From the IMG/VR virus record IMGVR_UViG_3300046169_000069: a DNA stretch of 64,000 bases; one strand, given 5' to 3'. The translations under genes and the position numbers were made by a program. The first letter of the stretch is position 1; every line of letters starts with the position of its first letter. The notes under the pieces were generated by a model. That model searched no databases and was not told the origin of the DNA. It saw only the letters and a list, made by a program, of their open reading frames with translations. Below are positions 1 through 10,218 of the stretch, one piece after another. Origin of the DNA: a virus.

Positions 1-659
1 ACATAAGATCCACCATCTGGTTCCGATGGAGGAACACGAGCGCCGTCAGCTACAGTTTTTGGATGTCTTGTAAATACTGTGATAGTTTCACGAAAGGTGC
101 CTGAGGGATTACCGCCACCGCCACCACCAGTTACAGTAGCAGCTTTCCATTCATTGCCCGACCATCGCAGTACTTGGCCTGGTTCTTTGCCTGAAGTGTC
201 TACGTTCGAGAGATCGTCTAATCCAGAAGGTATAGATGGTCTATTAGTTAGACTGTTATAGTCTCCATCAAAACCACCCGAACCAATATCACTCTTGTTT
301 GCAAGTTCTACCCATGAACCACCGTGCGCAAAATATGCAGCTCCAGTATTATGGACATGCGCGAACATACCATGATAAGCAGACGCGTCTGGTAGCTCTG
401 CAACATTAGCATACATGTTACCAAAGAGAATCTTATTGCCACCAAGATCTAATGTCTGCGATGCAAGAAAGTCACGAATCTCTTGTTCAGTAAATCCCGC
501 GTCATCCACAATATCAGCGATCGCCGCATCAATTAAAGCTTGTACTTCCGCTTCGGACAATCCGGCGTTCTCCAGTACATTTTGAAAATTGTCGTTAATC
601 TTCAGAATCGCTTCATTGATTTTATCCGCAAGATTAATTGTGTATATTGGATTACTCAT
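1..659 (-). CDS. Virion structural/fibre protein, runs off the left edge (not in ORF track)
   Basis: ATG at 659, open to window edge: MSNPIYTINLADKINEAILKINDNF...LPDASAYHGMFAHVHNTGAAYFAHGGSWVELAN...LDDLSNVD..GQVLRWSGNEW. These motifs are typical of marine T4-like fibre proteins. Confidence 0.75.
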   Translation of the reverse strand, partial: MSNPIYTINLADKINEAILKINDNFQNVLENAGLSEAEVQALIDAAIADIVDDAGFTEQEIRDFLASQTLDLGGNKILFGNMYANVAELPDASAYHGMFAHVHNTGAAYFAHGGSWVELANKSDIGSGGFDGDYNSLTNRPSIPSGLDDLSNVDTSGKEPGQVLRWSGNEWKAATVTGGGGGGNPSGTFRETITVFTRHPKTVADGARVPPSEPDGGSY

Positions 660-885
660 TTACATCACCTGTTAATTTTAAGAGCAATTGTTTAATCTCA
701 TTCATGTCTTCTTTTAATCCCTTAACGTCCTCAGTAAGTGAGTTGATGTGTTCTTTTCTTTCATCACTTACTTGTTTCAGTTTTCTTGCCCTTTCAATCT
801 CTGTTGTGTTAGTATTTAGTATGGCCCCAGTACGCTTATCTCGTACTAAATTGGTATGGCCTTCTACTTTTATATGCGACTTCAT
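652..885 (-). CDS. Small conserved T4-like hypothetical protein with coiled-coil C-terminus
   Basis: VEGHTNLVRDKRTGAILNTN motif; overlaps the next start. Confidence 0.7.
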   Translation of the reverse strand: MKSHIKVEGHTNLVRDKRTGAILNTNTTEIERARKLKQVSDERKEHINSLTEDVKGLKEDMNEIKQLLLKLTGDVNE

Positions 886-894
886 GTAAAACCT

Positions 895-3800
895 TTAGTG
901 ATGAAAGACTAGAGCATCATCTTCTGATTGCCAAGCAGGGTTTACTGATCCACCCGCATCTCTATATTCATCTGTGTATCGAATACCGATCGGTATATCC
1001 AACCAATCAAAAGTCTCACCACTGTGAGTAGCGGATAGGTTGACACTATAGTTACCTGAAGCTTCAGAAGTAATCGTGTTCACAAACTCTGTACCATAGT
1101 TCATAGTAACAGTACCCGTAGTAGACCATTCCGGACCAAATGTGTATGTTATTGGATAGTAGTGTGTGTTATGACCTTCTGGTCTTTCGATTCCGTAAGT
1201 TATGAATCTAACATCATGTTGAGTACCATTTACAGATGAATCCGTTTCAATATATATTGGTTGAACTGTTGCTTGACCTTCTTCTTCTGAGGTCATTTCT
1301 GGACTATATGGATAAAGTGCGTGGAAGTCTCGACCACTCTCCCAATATACGCCATCATGGGCGACAAGCTACAACGATACCTTCGTCTGTATCAACCGTC
1401 ATACGATCTCCAACAGGCAAGTCATAATTGAACGTGAGTGTTTGAATGATATCGCCAGCTGGTTCATACAAATCACCACCAAATGCCTCACTAGTAGGTG
1501 GAGACAATCTAATGTCCATCTCTACAGTACCAGTATATGGTGTGGATTCACTAACACCCGACATATCAGATTCAACTAGAATGAACCCTGTGCTACCCAT
1601 TTCGCCCCTTTCAGAGACCGATAAATTAGTTGCAAAACTGTCACCGACATGATCGTAGATTGTTTTGTTTCGAAGTACCGACACACCGTCACTTGTGTGA
1701 GACATGATCGGATCATTCGGATCATTATCATTAGGTATTTCATAATCGTTGATTTTTTTCAGGGTGCTTGTAATTCCAAATCTTTCTAGATAGTCAAAGA
1801 AGTTATTAGCTGGACCGTCAGTAAATTGTTGAATAGGTCTATCCAACCACTGACTAGTATGCACTAGAGTTCGTGTTCCAACATCCGTAGCGTTTACTTG
1901 AGAATAGACTTTCAACGATCCATCAAGGTGGAACTCAAGATTGAATCTGACTCCTCTAGGCTCCCAACCAGATGTACCTGACCACTCTCTACCCACATCG
2001 CGGCTACTTGCTGATATTGTTGGAACGGTCTCAGCGAAAAGCGAACTTATGTCTCTGACCTCATTGGTCTCGCTTCCGGTGTCGGTATTAGTTTCGCCGC
2101 CGGTGTCGGTATTAGTTTCGCCGCCGGTGTCGGTATTGGTCTCGTTACCAGCATCTGTTCCAGAATTCGGAGTCGTGCTAGAAGAGGTTGTAGTAGAACT
2201 TCCATTTCCACCAACTCCAGTCACTAACGATATTGTACGCAAATCTCTAATAGTAGGAGACTTAGAAGAGTTCTTAGCGTGCATAACAACTTTAACTTGG
2301 AACGCGGTAAACTGATCTAACTCTGCAGTATACTCGTACTGACGGAAGTTTTGGGGATTATCATCTTCTGGTAGAGGTTTATCTATTTCTACCTTAATCC
2401 AATTTGTGATAAAACTTCCACTGTTATCTGTAGTTAATAGTGCGTCTTCGTCTGCAGCAACCTTAACATATACTTCGAAATCAGAGCCTGGTGGACGATT
2501 CGCTGAGAACATAACCTTCAGAGATTTAGACGAATCGTTGATAGTCACTGCACTTGATATGTGTTGTGCTGCGTATCCAAATGTGGTATAATCAGGCGTA
2601 TCCGCCGTCGCGTTATAAACATCATAATCAACGACATTTTCTAGTGCAAGAACAGAAACTCTCTGTAGATCGATGACCGGAGAAACTTTAGTATCACTTG
2701 TCGTCATCTGAAGATTGAACTTCATTGTCTCATTACCACTCGCGTTCTCTGAAGAAGCGACGATGCTTGGTTCACCGTTTATGTTGTAGTCATTTAAGAA
2801 TACTTGACGTGCGTTCGCCAGACTACTTGGTAGACCATAACTGAACTGACCTAGACTACGACTGTCGTTAGAAGAGTTACCGCCATAAGACTTTGCCTTT
2901 GCATCGAATAGTTTTGCACTGACTCCTGTCTTGTTAGGAATGACACTTTGTATCTGCGGTATAAAACTATCATAGTATACTTGTTGTGATGCAACGACTG
3001 TATCACCACCACCGACACCTGACATAGGTGCAGACGCGGACACTTCAATTGTATATCCGTCCCAGTTCACACTCTTGATGTCAAATGTTCCGTTGAACTC
3101 TGAGGCAGCAACACCACCGATGGCATTCGCAACACCTGAGATCGCAACGTTGTCACCCCGACTGAAACCATGCCCTTCGTGATAGACCTTGACAGATGTA
3201 GAACCTGAAGTAGTCTCCAGTGGATCGGTTTTCAGTGCAACTTTTGGTAGAGGCGCATTGTCGAGAACTAACGCGCCCGATGTAGAGAAATCGGCTCTAT
3301 ATAGATCAAACATCAAATCTTTAGATTGATCTGGTGACCAAGTATATCCATTCTGTGACAAGAACAATGAACCAGCAGCCGCCTGTCGGGATACTTTATC
3401 TTCACGACTACCAACAACAAACTCATATGTTTCCGCAATGTATATGTTATACTCAACAGACTCACTGAGTATTGCTATAGCATACTCTTCGCCGCTTGTC
3501 AAGTAAATCGGTTCATCGAATTCTACGGTTGTTGCATTTTCCTGTACCTCTGACATAATAGTATCAGAACTGAAAGGAGTAACTGTTATGTCGGCTGGAT
3601 CAACAAAAGTGTTAGACCCTGGCACAATACGATTTGTTGGCACACCGCTTTCGACTGCACGAATCTGAACCTGCAGAGGTACAGTCGCATCTTTACTTTC
3701 TAGGTAAAGATTGACCTTGGTTAAGAATAGTCCGTTAGGGTTCTCTATTTGATCTACAAAGAACGTTTGTGCGAGCGGATCACTACGACCCCCATCTCTT

Positions 3801-6800
3801 TCAACTACGCGTGTGGTGCGAATGGTTTGTTGTACATCGTCAATAGAACCTGTTGATGAGTAAGATGCGCGAGCAGATACTGTTGATTCGTTTTCATTAT
3901 TAACGCTAACATCAAGTAATTTAAATTCTTGTTTTCCTGTACGGAACTTCAACGTATCTGTGTTAGGCAAGAAGAACGAACCAACCAGTTTTCCAGACCC
4001 ATCTGTCTGTAGTGCAGATGGTCCACCTAGATCAGTTGGGTACTCAGTCGCAGATGCGTACTGGCTTCCAAACTCTTGTGGGTCGTCTGCGAATCGTTGA
4101 GTCGTCGCTTCTTGACGTACCCAAGAACTTACATCTTTGTCACCGAAGAATGCGAACATCTTAGTATTAGGCCGCAGACCCCTAGCAACAAAGTTGATTC
4201 TACGAGAACGCATGTACGGAGTAACTTCTTCTCCTGCGACCTGTGTTCCCGCATAATCAAAGACAGTGAGGCTCATTGATGCATCTGCACCCGATATGTA
4301 TCCCGTCTGAGTGTATCCAAGAATACCAGCGCCGCCTCCTCCATAGTCCCACAAATCATCTCCATACTGATCTTGTATGTAACCATCACCAGTACGTTCA
4401 ATCGTTTGCATCTGTGGAGTTAAGTCTCGTGTTTCGATCCACTCATCCGAAGATGGTGATAGTTCCATCGTACCCACTTGACTTACAACTGCGAACGGGT
4501 TAACGTTCACAATGTTGGTGGCTAAATCCTGCAATATATGTGAGGTGCTGGTGAATGGTAGTGTCACCAAGTCGCCATTTTTCACGACAGCGTCAACGTT
4601 GTCCGAACTATAAGATAGTCGAACAGAGTTCTGACGGAAAGATGGTTTCAATTGACCAGTTGGATCTTGAGACGCTCGATAGTTAGGATTGTTGACATCC
4701 GAATAAAGATATGAGGTGAAATTATCAGCAACAATACCCGTCTTTATTATTTCCGCCCCAGTATCTGGATCTATGATAGGCAAGTTGACGGTAGCTGACT
4801 CTAGTAAGTTGAGTGTTGTAATTTCAAGATTTTCAATACGTTTCTCTAGTTCACCGATATCTTTCATAGTGAAACGTTTGTTTGGAATATAAACACTTGA
4901 TAAATCTGATCTATCAAAAGTATATGGGTTCAATCGGAACTTGTACATTGCCATTGAACCTGTAGGAATTTGTGGTTCACGTGGGCTGACCGCCGATTCT
5001 CCTTGAATGACTTGTAACTCACCAAACCCAATACCATCTCGACTGTCTATTGCGTTAGCGACAAGAATATCAATACGTGGTAGATAGTATTCAACATCAT
5101 CAATTGAAATTGCAGATGCGTTCTGAGGCAGTGGTGTCTTCACCACGAACTCACGTAAATATGGCCCTAAGAAATCTCTGGTAGGTCGGAAATCAAGTAC
5201 ATCAAGTAGACAGACAATTTGTCCCGAGACTGTCGTGTACTTCGGAATATCTTCGTATGCATCATCCACATAAGATGCTGCGCAGAAGTATCCTTCTTTA
5301 TCTTCGTGTGCATAATAATCATACACTACTTGTACGTCTTTGGCAACACCATCATAAGGAATTACGTATCCAGATTTCAGATATGCAACTGACCGATCAT
5401 AAAAGTTGTCTCTTTGACCACCATCAAAAGTGAACTGGTGTGTAATGTCTTCTGCATCGTCCCACGGGCCAGTTTCGGCTGATGGTCGATACTTAACCGA
5501 CTTCAACTTGATACCATCAACATAGTCCAAGAAAAGTGGACGACCTTGTTGATCGGATACAGTCACACTGCCGTATTCTACCGATTCTGTAAGCGTCTTT
5601 GATCGGGGAGTGATATTAGTCTTTTCTACGTAATATGCAATAGTATATGATTGACTAGGAGTGAGACCAGTATACTTACCAGTCATATCAGGACTTATCG
5701 ATAGGATCTCGCCAGCCTCTTCAGCGATTATCCACTGCGACTGTTCTACACCTGATAACGTAAGTTCACCAGCACCATCTGCTTGCGTAGTTGTTGTAAC
5801 CTGCGCAGTATAGTTTGCGGTGATGCTGTCTTTTGTCGGTGTCGTTCTTGGTAGTTCAAATAGTAGGCTATTATCAGCAGCTTCGTGAATAACGCTATCA
5901 ACCATAACGATCTGTGGGCTATTAGGGTCGAGTGTTGGGTCTTCTAAGATTGTCGCCTCAGAGAAACTGTGATAACCACCGCCCTGTTTAGGGTCCATGC
6001 GAATGTTAAAGATGTATAAACGAACGCCTGTCGAGTCACGCTGTACAGCACGTACGTTACAGTAACCAATGTAATCACCCGCAGATGATGTTCTTAGGCG
6101 TTGATGACCAAACGATGCAAGTCGGCCGAAACCTTGTGACCCTGAAGCGCCTTCTTCGATGTAAACATAGTTACCGAATGTCGCTGGTACAGGTTCGTTA
6201 AGTTTCTCTAGTGTATCTCGTGCCTTTGGTACAGTAATGTCCGTAGCACCGATGTCTAATCGATATCCATCTACATAAGCAATGCCTTCACTCACATCTA
6301 GGTTTAGATTGTCCGCATCCTTATCTTCAAAGATTGCAGTAAACTTTTCGACAACATAGTTACCTGACTCTTCTTTCGTTCGTTGAGCCATTAATTTATT
6401 GATTCGATTGTATGCATCAAAGTTAGACACTTCACGAGTGATTTTACCATCTACAATCCGTGCGATGAATATAAAATTGGACTCTTCTTCTGGAAACTCT
6501 ACGCGACGAGCATTAAACAACTCTCGCGTAGTAGGAATTAGTTTGATCTGATATCGATGTGCGCCAGGAGCAGTGTGATCCGGAACCTGTCCTTGATTGT
6601 CATAGAGCTGTTCGTCATCACCTTCTGTAACAATTTTCTGTTCTATTCTAAATCCAAAGTCTTCCTCTGGGGTATCACTGTACTTAGAAATAAAGGTGTC
6701 GCCTTTCTCTAAGTATACAAAGTGTCCCTGTATAAAAAAGTCTCCCGAAGAAAAGTGTGCTTTGGTTCCACGACCAGCAGCAGGAATAGGATCTGAACTG

Positions 6801-7273
6801 TCATCAATCACTTTTAAGTTGACAGATACATTATCTACACGGGTTATGATTTCTTGAGTTGATACGCGAGGCGCTTTTTCCGTATCGGTGACCGCAGAGG
6901 TATCTGTGTATTGGACATACAGAGTCTCTGGATCGGTGTTTGTGGCGGGAACGATTTCAACTATTTTAAATTCTATTGTCCCGTTGGTCAACGTCACGCC
7001 AAATAAATCAGGCGTCGTTACACTGACAGAGTCCAACCGAATATACTCGACCTTGTTGTTTACTGTCGCACCGCCCGGATTGACCATCGCACCTTCTTTA
7101 AAGATGTTCTGACCAAATCGTGCAATCTCTTCTTGAATGATTGTTTGTTGTTCAATTAATTCACGAGCTTGGAGCGCACGGCCGGAGTTGTATAGAACAC
7201 GATAGTAACCATCATTCGCATCATAAAAATCGCGATATGTTTCTCGAAACGTTTTGCTTGTAAAATCTGTCAT
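895..7273 (-). CDS. Giant virion structural protein, DUF4815/VrlC-like, with C-terminal extension (ORFs 1355-7273 and 895-1296 joined across an indel near 1370)
   Basis: N-terminus YYRVLYNSGRALQAREL..Q and motifs RTKEESGNY, YYLPRID, NKRFTMKDIG, DPLAQTF. The frame of 895-1296 stays open upstream (VAHDGVYWESGRDFHALYPYSPEMTSEE) into the end of the large ORF. Confidence 0.8.
2076..2147. repeat. 3 x 24-bp tandem repeat encoding a (ETNTDTGG)n linker
   Basis: ccggtgtcggtattagtttcgccg twice exactly plus one degenerate copy. Confidence 0.9.
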
Positions 7274-7281
7274 GATGTGTC

Positions 7282-8694
7282 CTATACGGTAATGACTATC
7301 TTAATGTCTTCTTTTTGTTCTTCGTGACGACGAATTCTTGAACGGTTCTCAATATATAGAACTTCTCCAGAAAACCGATCAATGGCATTTTCTAATGTTA
7401 CGGAAACGACTACGCCATATTCTGACGCACCTTCATTGGATATTCCTTCACCTGAGTTGCCATTCTCACCAATCAGAAACGGTTCAAATCCAGTAGATAG
7501 GTTTTGATGATAGTAAATTTCATTCCCAATTGAATCGTCTACATACGCTTTTGCACCAGAAGTCGTGCCCGTAATCAAAGTGCCTTTTGTGAAGGTTGAT
7601 GTCCCCACCAGTGTTATTGAAGGCAAGACTTTATCAGACGTGTTGATATAAGGAATTGGATCGCCTTCTGCATCCAAATCTAATGACAATGGATTTTTGA
7701 TAAGGCCCATTTGACGAAATGTATTATCAACAATAAATGTATCATTTACCGTTCCATCTGGTTTGGTATTGATCATTACAGAACTTGTTTTCAAATCATC
7801 TACTGGATCAAATCCAAGTCCTTTTTTGCTTGTAATAACAGGCTCTACCACAGAAGGTGTAGAACCACCAATTATTTCAAATGAGGCATACGTATATCCC
7901 GAACCATAGTTTGACATTTCTACCTTAACAAGATTTCCGTTCTCATCAATTACCGCTACTGCGGTTGCTCCATTACCATCACCATGAATATTAACTGTTG
8001 GGGGACTAGATTGGGAATATCCAGTCCCGGCTGTTACAAGTCTGGTACGAATAATTTCGCCTGGGATAGCAGTATCTCGTACGGTAATCTGTAGATCTTC
8101 GATAGAGTCTCCCGAAGGCAAATCTATCTCAGCTTTCTGCACAGGAATATGATTAGATGATAGGAATTGAAAAATGCGTTCCGGCGTTAGGGTGTATAAA
8201 AACTTCCATACATAACCGTCAGAAGTTATAAATGGTTTCCACCACTCACGCACATTATACATCGGTGCATTGGGGTCTGTCTCTGGACTCATTGGAGCAT
8301 GTAGTCCCCAGTTTGGTTCAACTGTAGATACTGCATCAGCTGGAGATATACATACATAAACTTCTTTTGCGTCATTTAAAACGTAGAATGGTGTCCAATT
8401 CTCATCAATATCAGACTTAACTGAATCGTCCCATCCAGCATAGGTGGAACCAGAAGACCAGTTCACGCGTCTAGCAACCATAGTAGATCCTTCGACCTTC
8501 TTGATCGACTGTAGGTTGTTTCTGAACTCGCGTTCTTCCCGTAAACAATCAACTGGATCAATCACAGAGTCGGCTTGATTAAAGGTATCACATTTACCGA
8601 TACCGATATAGTACTCATCGGAAGAATTTTGTATGTTTGATAGAAGATCTCGCGCCAGAGTTCTACTCATTGTTTGTCTTACTATAGCTGGCAT
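7282..8694 (-). CDS. gp8: Baseplate wedge subunit gp8
   Basis: YYIGIG, RRVNWSSG, FYVLND..VYVCI, DGYVWKFLY, FRQMGLIKNP, SGEVLYIENR..I.R..EQKEDIKIV. Confidence 0.9.
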   Translation of the reverse strand: MPAIVRQTMSRTLARDLLSNIQNSSDEYYIGIGKCDTFNQADSVIDPVDCLREEREFRNNLQSIKKVEGSTMVARRVNWSSGSTYAGWDDSVKSDIDENWTPFYVLNDAKEVYVCISPADAVSTVEPNWGLHAPMSPETDPNAPMYNVREWWKPFITSDGYVWKFLYTLTPERIFQFLSSNHIPVQKAEIDLPSGDSIEDLQITVRDTAIPGEIIRTRLVTAGTGYSQSSPPTVNIHGDGNGATAVAVIDENGNLVKVEMSNYGSGYTYASFEIIGGSTPSVVEPVITSKKGLGFDPVDDLKTSSVMINTKPDGTVNDTFIVDNTFRQMGLIKNPLSLDLDAEGDPIPYINTSDKVLPSITLVGTSTFTKGTLITGTTSGAKAYVDDSIGNEIYYHQNLSTGFEPFLIGENGNSGEGISNEGASEYGVVVSVTLENAIDRFSGEVLYIENRSRIRRHEEQKEDIKIVITV

Positions 8695-8725
8695 TTCATT
8701 TTCCCAAATAGAAATAATTATTCTT

Positions 8726-8733
8726 TATTTATA
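8726..8733 (-). promoter_or_regulatory. T4-type late promoter TATAAATA upstream of gp8
   Basis: Exact TATAAATA in the intergenic gap. Confidence 0.8.
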
Positions 8734-8739
8734 ATGGTT

Positions 8740-9618
8740 TTAAGAGTCTCTTAGAAAATTATTTAACCACACTTCTTTTTGGTGGTGAGACATCAAAAGG
8801 TCTTTATAGATTACTGGAAGTTCGTAGGGACTACTTCTATAATGATTGACATGACGCAAGGCCTCTTCTCGCAAAGGAGTTAGGTACTCATTGTAGTCAT
8901 GAACTTTTTGTGCGCTACCTTCTGTTGTTCTATCAATACAATAGAAATCGCTTGACATCGATAAGAAATAACAAAGGTTTCCCTTTTGGTGTTCTGCCAA
9001 AAGTTTATATGTGTATGCATGATCTTCGCCATTACCTATATCTACATTGAATCTATGTTCAGCCGACTTTCTACTTTGAAGAATAATAAAGTCTATTGAG
9101 ACTGGACTTTCTTCTGTGAACAGATGACTGACTTGAGGACCCATACTAGGTTTGGGAGCGCACATAGAAGTTCCCCATACACTCGCATGATATTTTTCAT
9201 TTACCCACCAATAGTGGCCCGACTCTAAGGCATAGTCACATATACAATCACATGGCACCACGCCTAGGACATCTATGCAAGGGAAGTGTTTGATGTGGTT
9301 ATACAAAGACTGTAAATAAGACGGATATAAAAAATCGTCTCCGTCCATTTGTGATACGTAATCTGCATCACTCTCTAAGAATACTTCTAGACACGCGTTC
9401 TTTCCCATTCCTGGCTTGCCATTACTTTCGGTGTTTACAACGCGAAATGGTAGGTTGAGTGCGCATACATCTTCGTAGTATCCTTCATGAATACTATTAA
9501 CTACTACAACGACTTCCCACTCTATAGGAGATATTTTCACAACACCTTGTGCGGATTTTACTAATCGTACTAGTTTAGGAATATCATTAGATGTCAATAG
9601 GGTTGTCAATAATTTCAT
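8740..9618 (-). CDS. GT-A fold glycosyltransferase (family 2-like)
   Basis: EVVVVVN, SNGKPGMGKN, DYVSQMDGDDFLYP (DxD), GEDH. Confidence 0.8.
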   Translation of the reverse strand: MKLLTTLLTSNDIPKLVRLVKSAQGVVKISPIEWEVVVVVNSIHEGYYEDVCALNLPFRVVNTESNGKPGMGKNACLEVFLESDADYVSQMDGDDFLYPSYLQSLYNHIKHFPCIDVLGVVPCDCICDYALESGHYWWVNEKYHASVWGTSMCAPKPSMGPQVSHLFTEESPVSIDFIILQSRKSAEHRFNVDIGNGEDHAYTYKLLAEHQKGNLCYFLSMSSDFYCIDRTTEGSAQKVHDYNEYLTPLREEALRHVNHYRSSPYELPVIYKDLLMSHHQKEVWLNNFLRDS

Positions 9619-9620
9619 AA

Positions 9621-10175
9621 TTACTCCGCATGAAAAAAGAAGGTCTGGAACAGTCGGCCGTTGTGTTTATCGGTTCCAAATCCAGGCAATACACTACGAT
9701 GGTAATACATAGAATCGTAAATGACTATCCTATTATAAACATTCTTTGCTTCTGCGACGATCTCCCAATCGGATTCTAAAAACTCAAACTCATTGAAGTC
9801 GACCGCAGCGTCTGGGCTATGTCGCATGATGCCAGTAGGACCATGTCGATATATCGCAGTGCCGGAGTCTAGAGGAGCGTCGGGTGTTAAGTATATGACC
9901 GCAGCGTGTGACATCTCATCATGGTGAACCCAAGTCCGAGAATCTTCTGTGGTATACTGAAAGGAAGTGTTATAACTATCAGTAGGAAACTGAGTTATCT
10001 TTTTTCCTATGATTGATTGAAAGTTTTCAATTAGGTGATCGTGATAACCACCATCGTTGGAACACGGTTGTGTTCTCCAGCCGGGATAGTTTCCGGAAAC
10101 ATTAAACTCTTGACTAAGAGCGTATTCTCTAACAGCATCTGGGTTAGAGTAAAAGTCTTCAATTATAGTAAACAT
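9621..10175 (-). CDS. 2OG-Fe(II) oxygenase (DUF6445-like)
   Basis: IEDFYSNPDAVREYAL..NYPGWRT, WVHHD (HxD), AAVIYLTPDAP..SGT, YNRIVIY, YHRS, GRLFQTFF. Confidence 0.8.
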   Translation of the reverse strand: MFTIIEDFYSNPDAVREYALSQEFNVSGNYPGWRTQPCSNDGGYHDHLIENFQSIIGKKITQFPTDSYNTSFQYTTEDSRTWVHHDEMSHAAVIYLTPDAPLDSGTAIYRHGPTGIMRHSPDAAVDFNEFEFLESDWEIVAEAKNVYNRIVIYDSMYYHRSVLPGFGTDKHNGRLFQTFFFHAE

Positions 10176-10194
10176 TATATACCTGTAGTTGGAA

Positions 10195-10212
10195 CCCCCT
10201 CTTGCGAGGGGG
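10195..10212 (-). terminator. GC-rich stem-loop with GCAA tetraloop and no U-tract
   Basis: Minus strand CCCCCUC-GCAA-GAGGGGG followed by UUCCAAC. Confidence 0.55.
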
Positions 10213-10218
10213 AATAAA

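Noticed and set aside
2076-2147. Possible mini CRISPR array
   Set aside because: Repeats are directly tandem without spacers and in frame within a CDS; no cas genes.
7478-7495. GGTTCAAATCC, resembling a tRNA T-arm
   Set aside because: Inside the gp8 coding sequence with no acceptor or anticodon stems. No tRNA was recognised in the window, though tRNAscan was not run.
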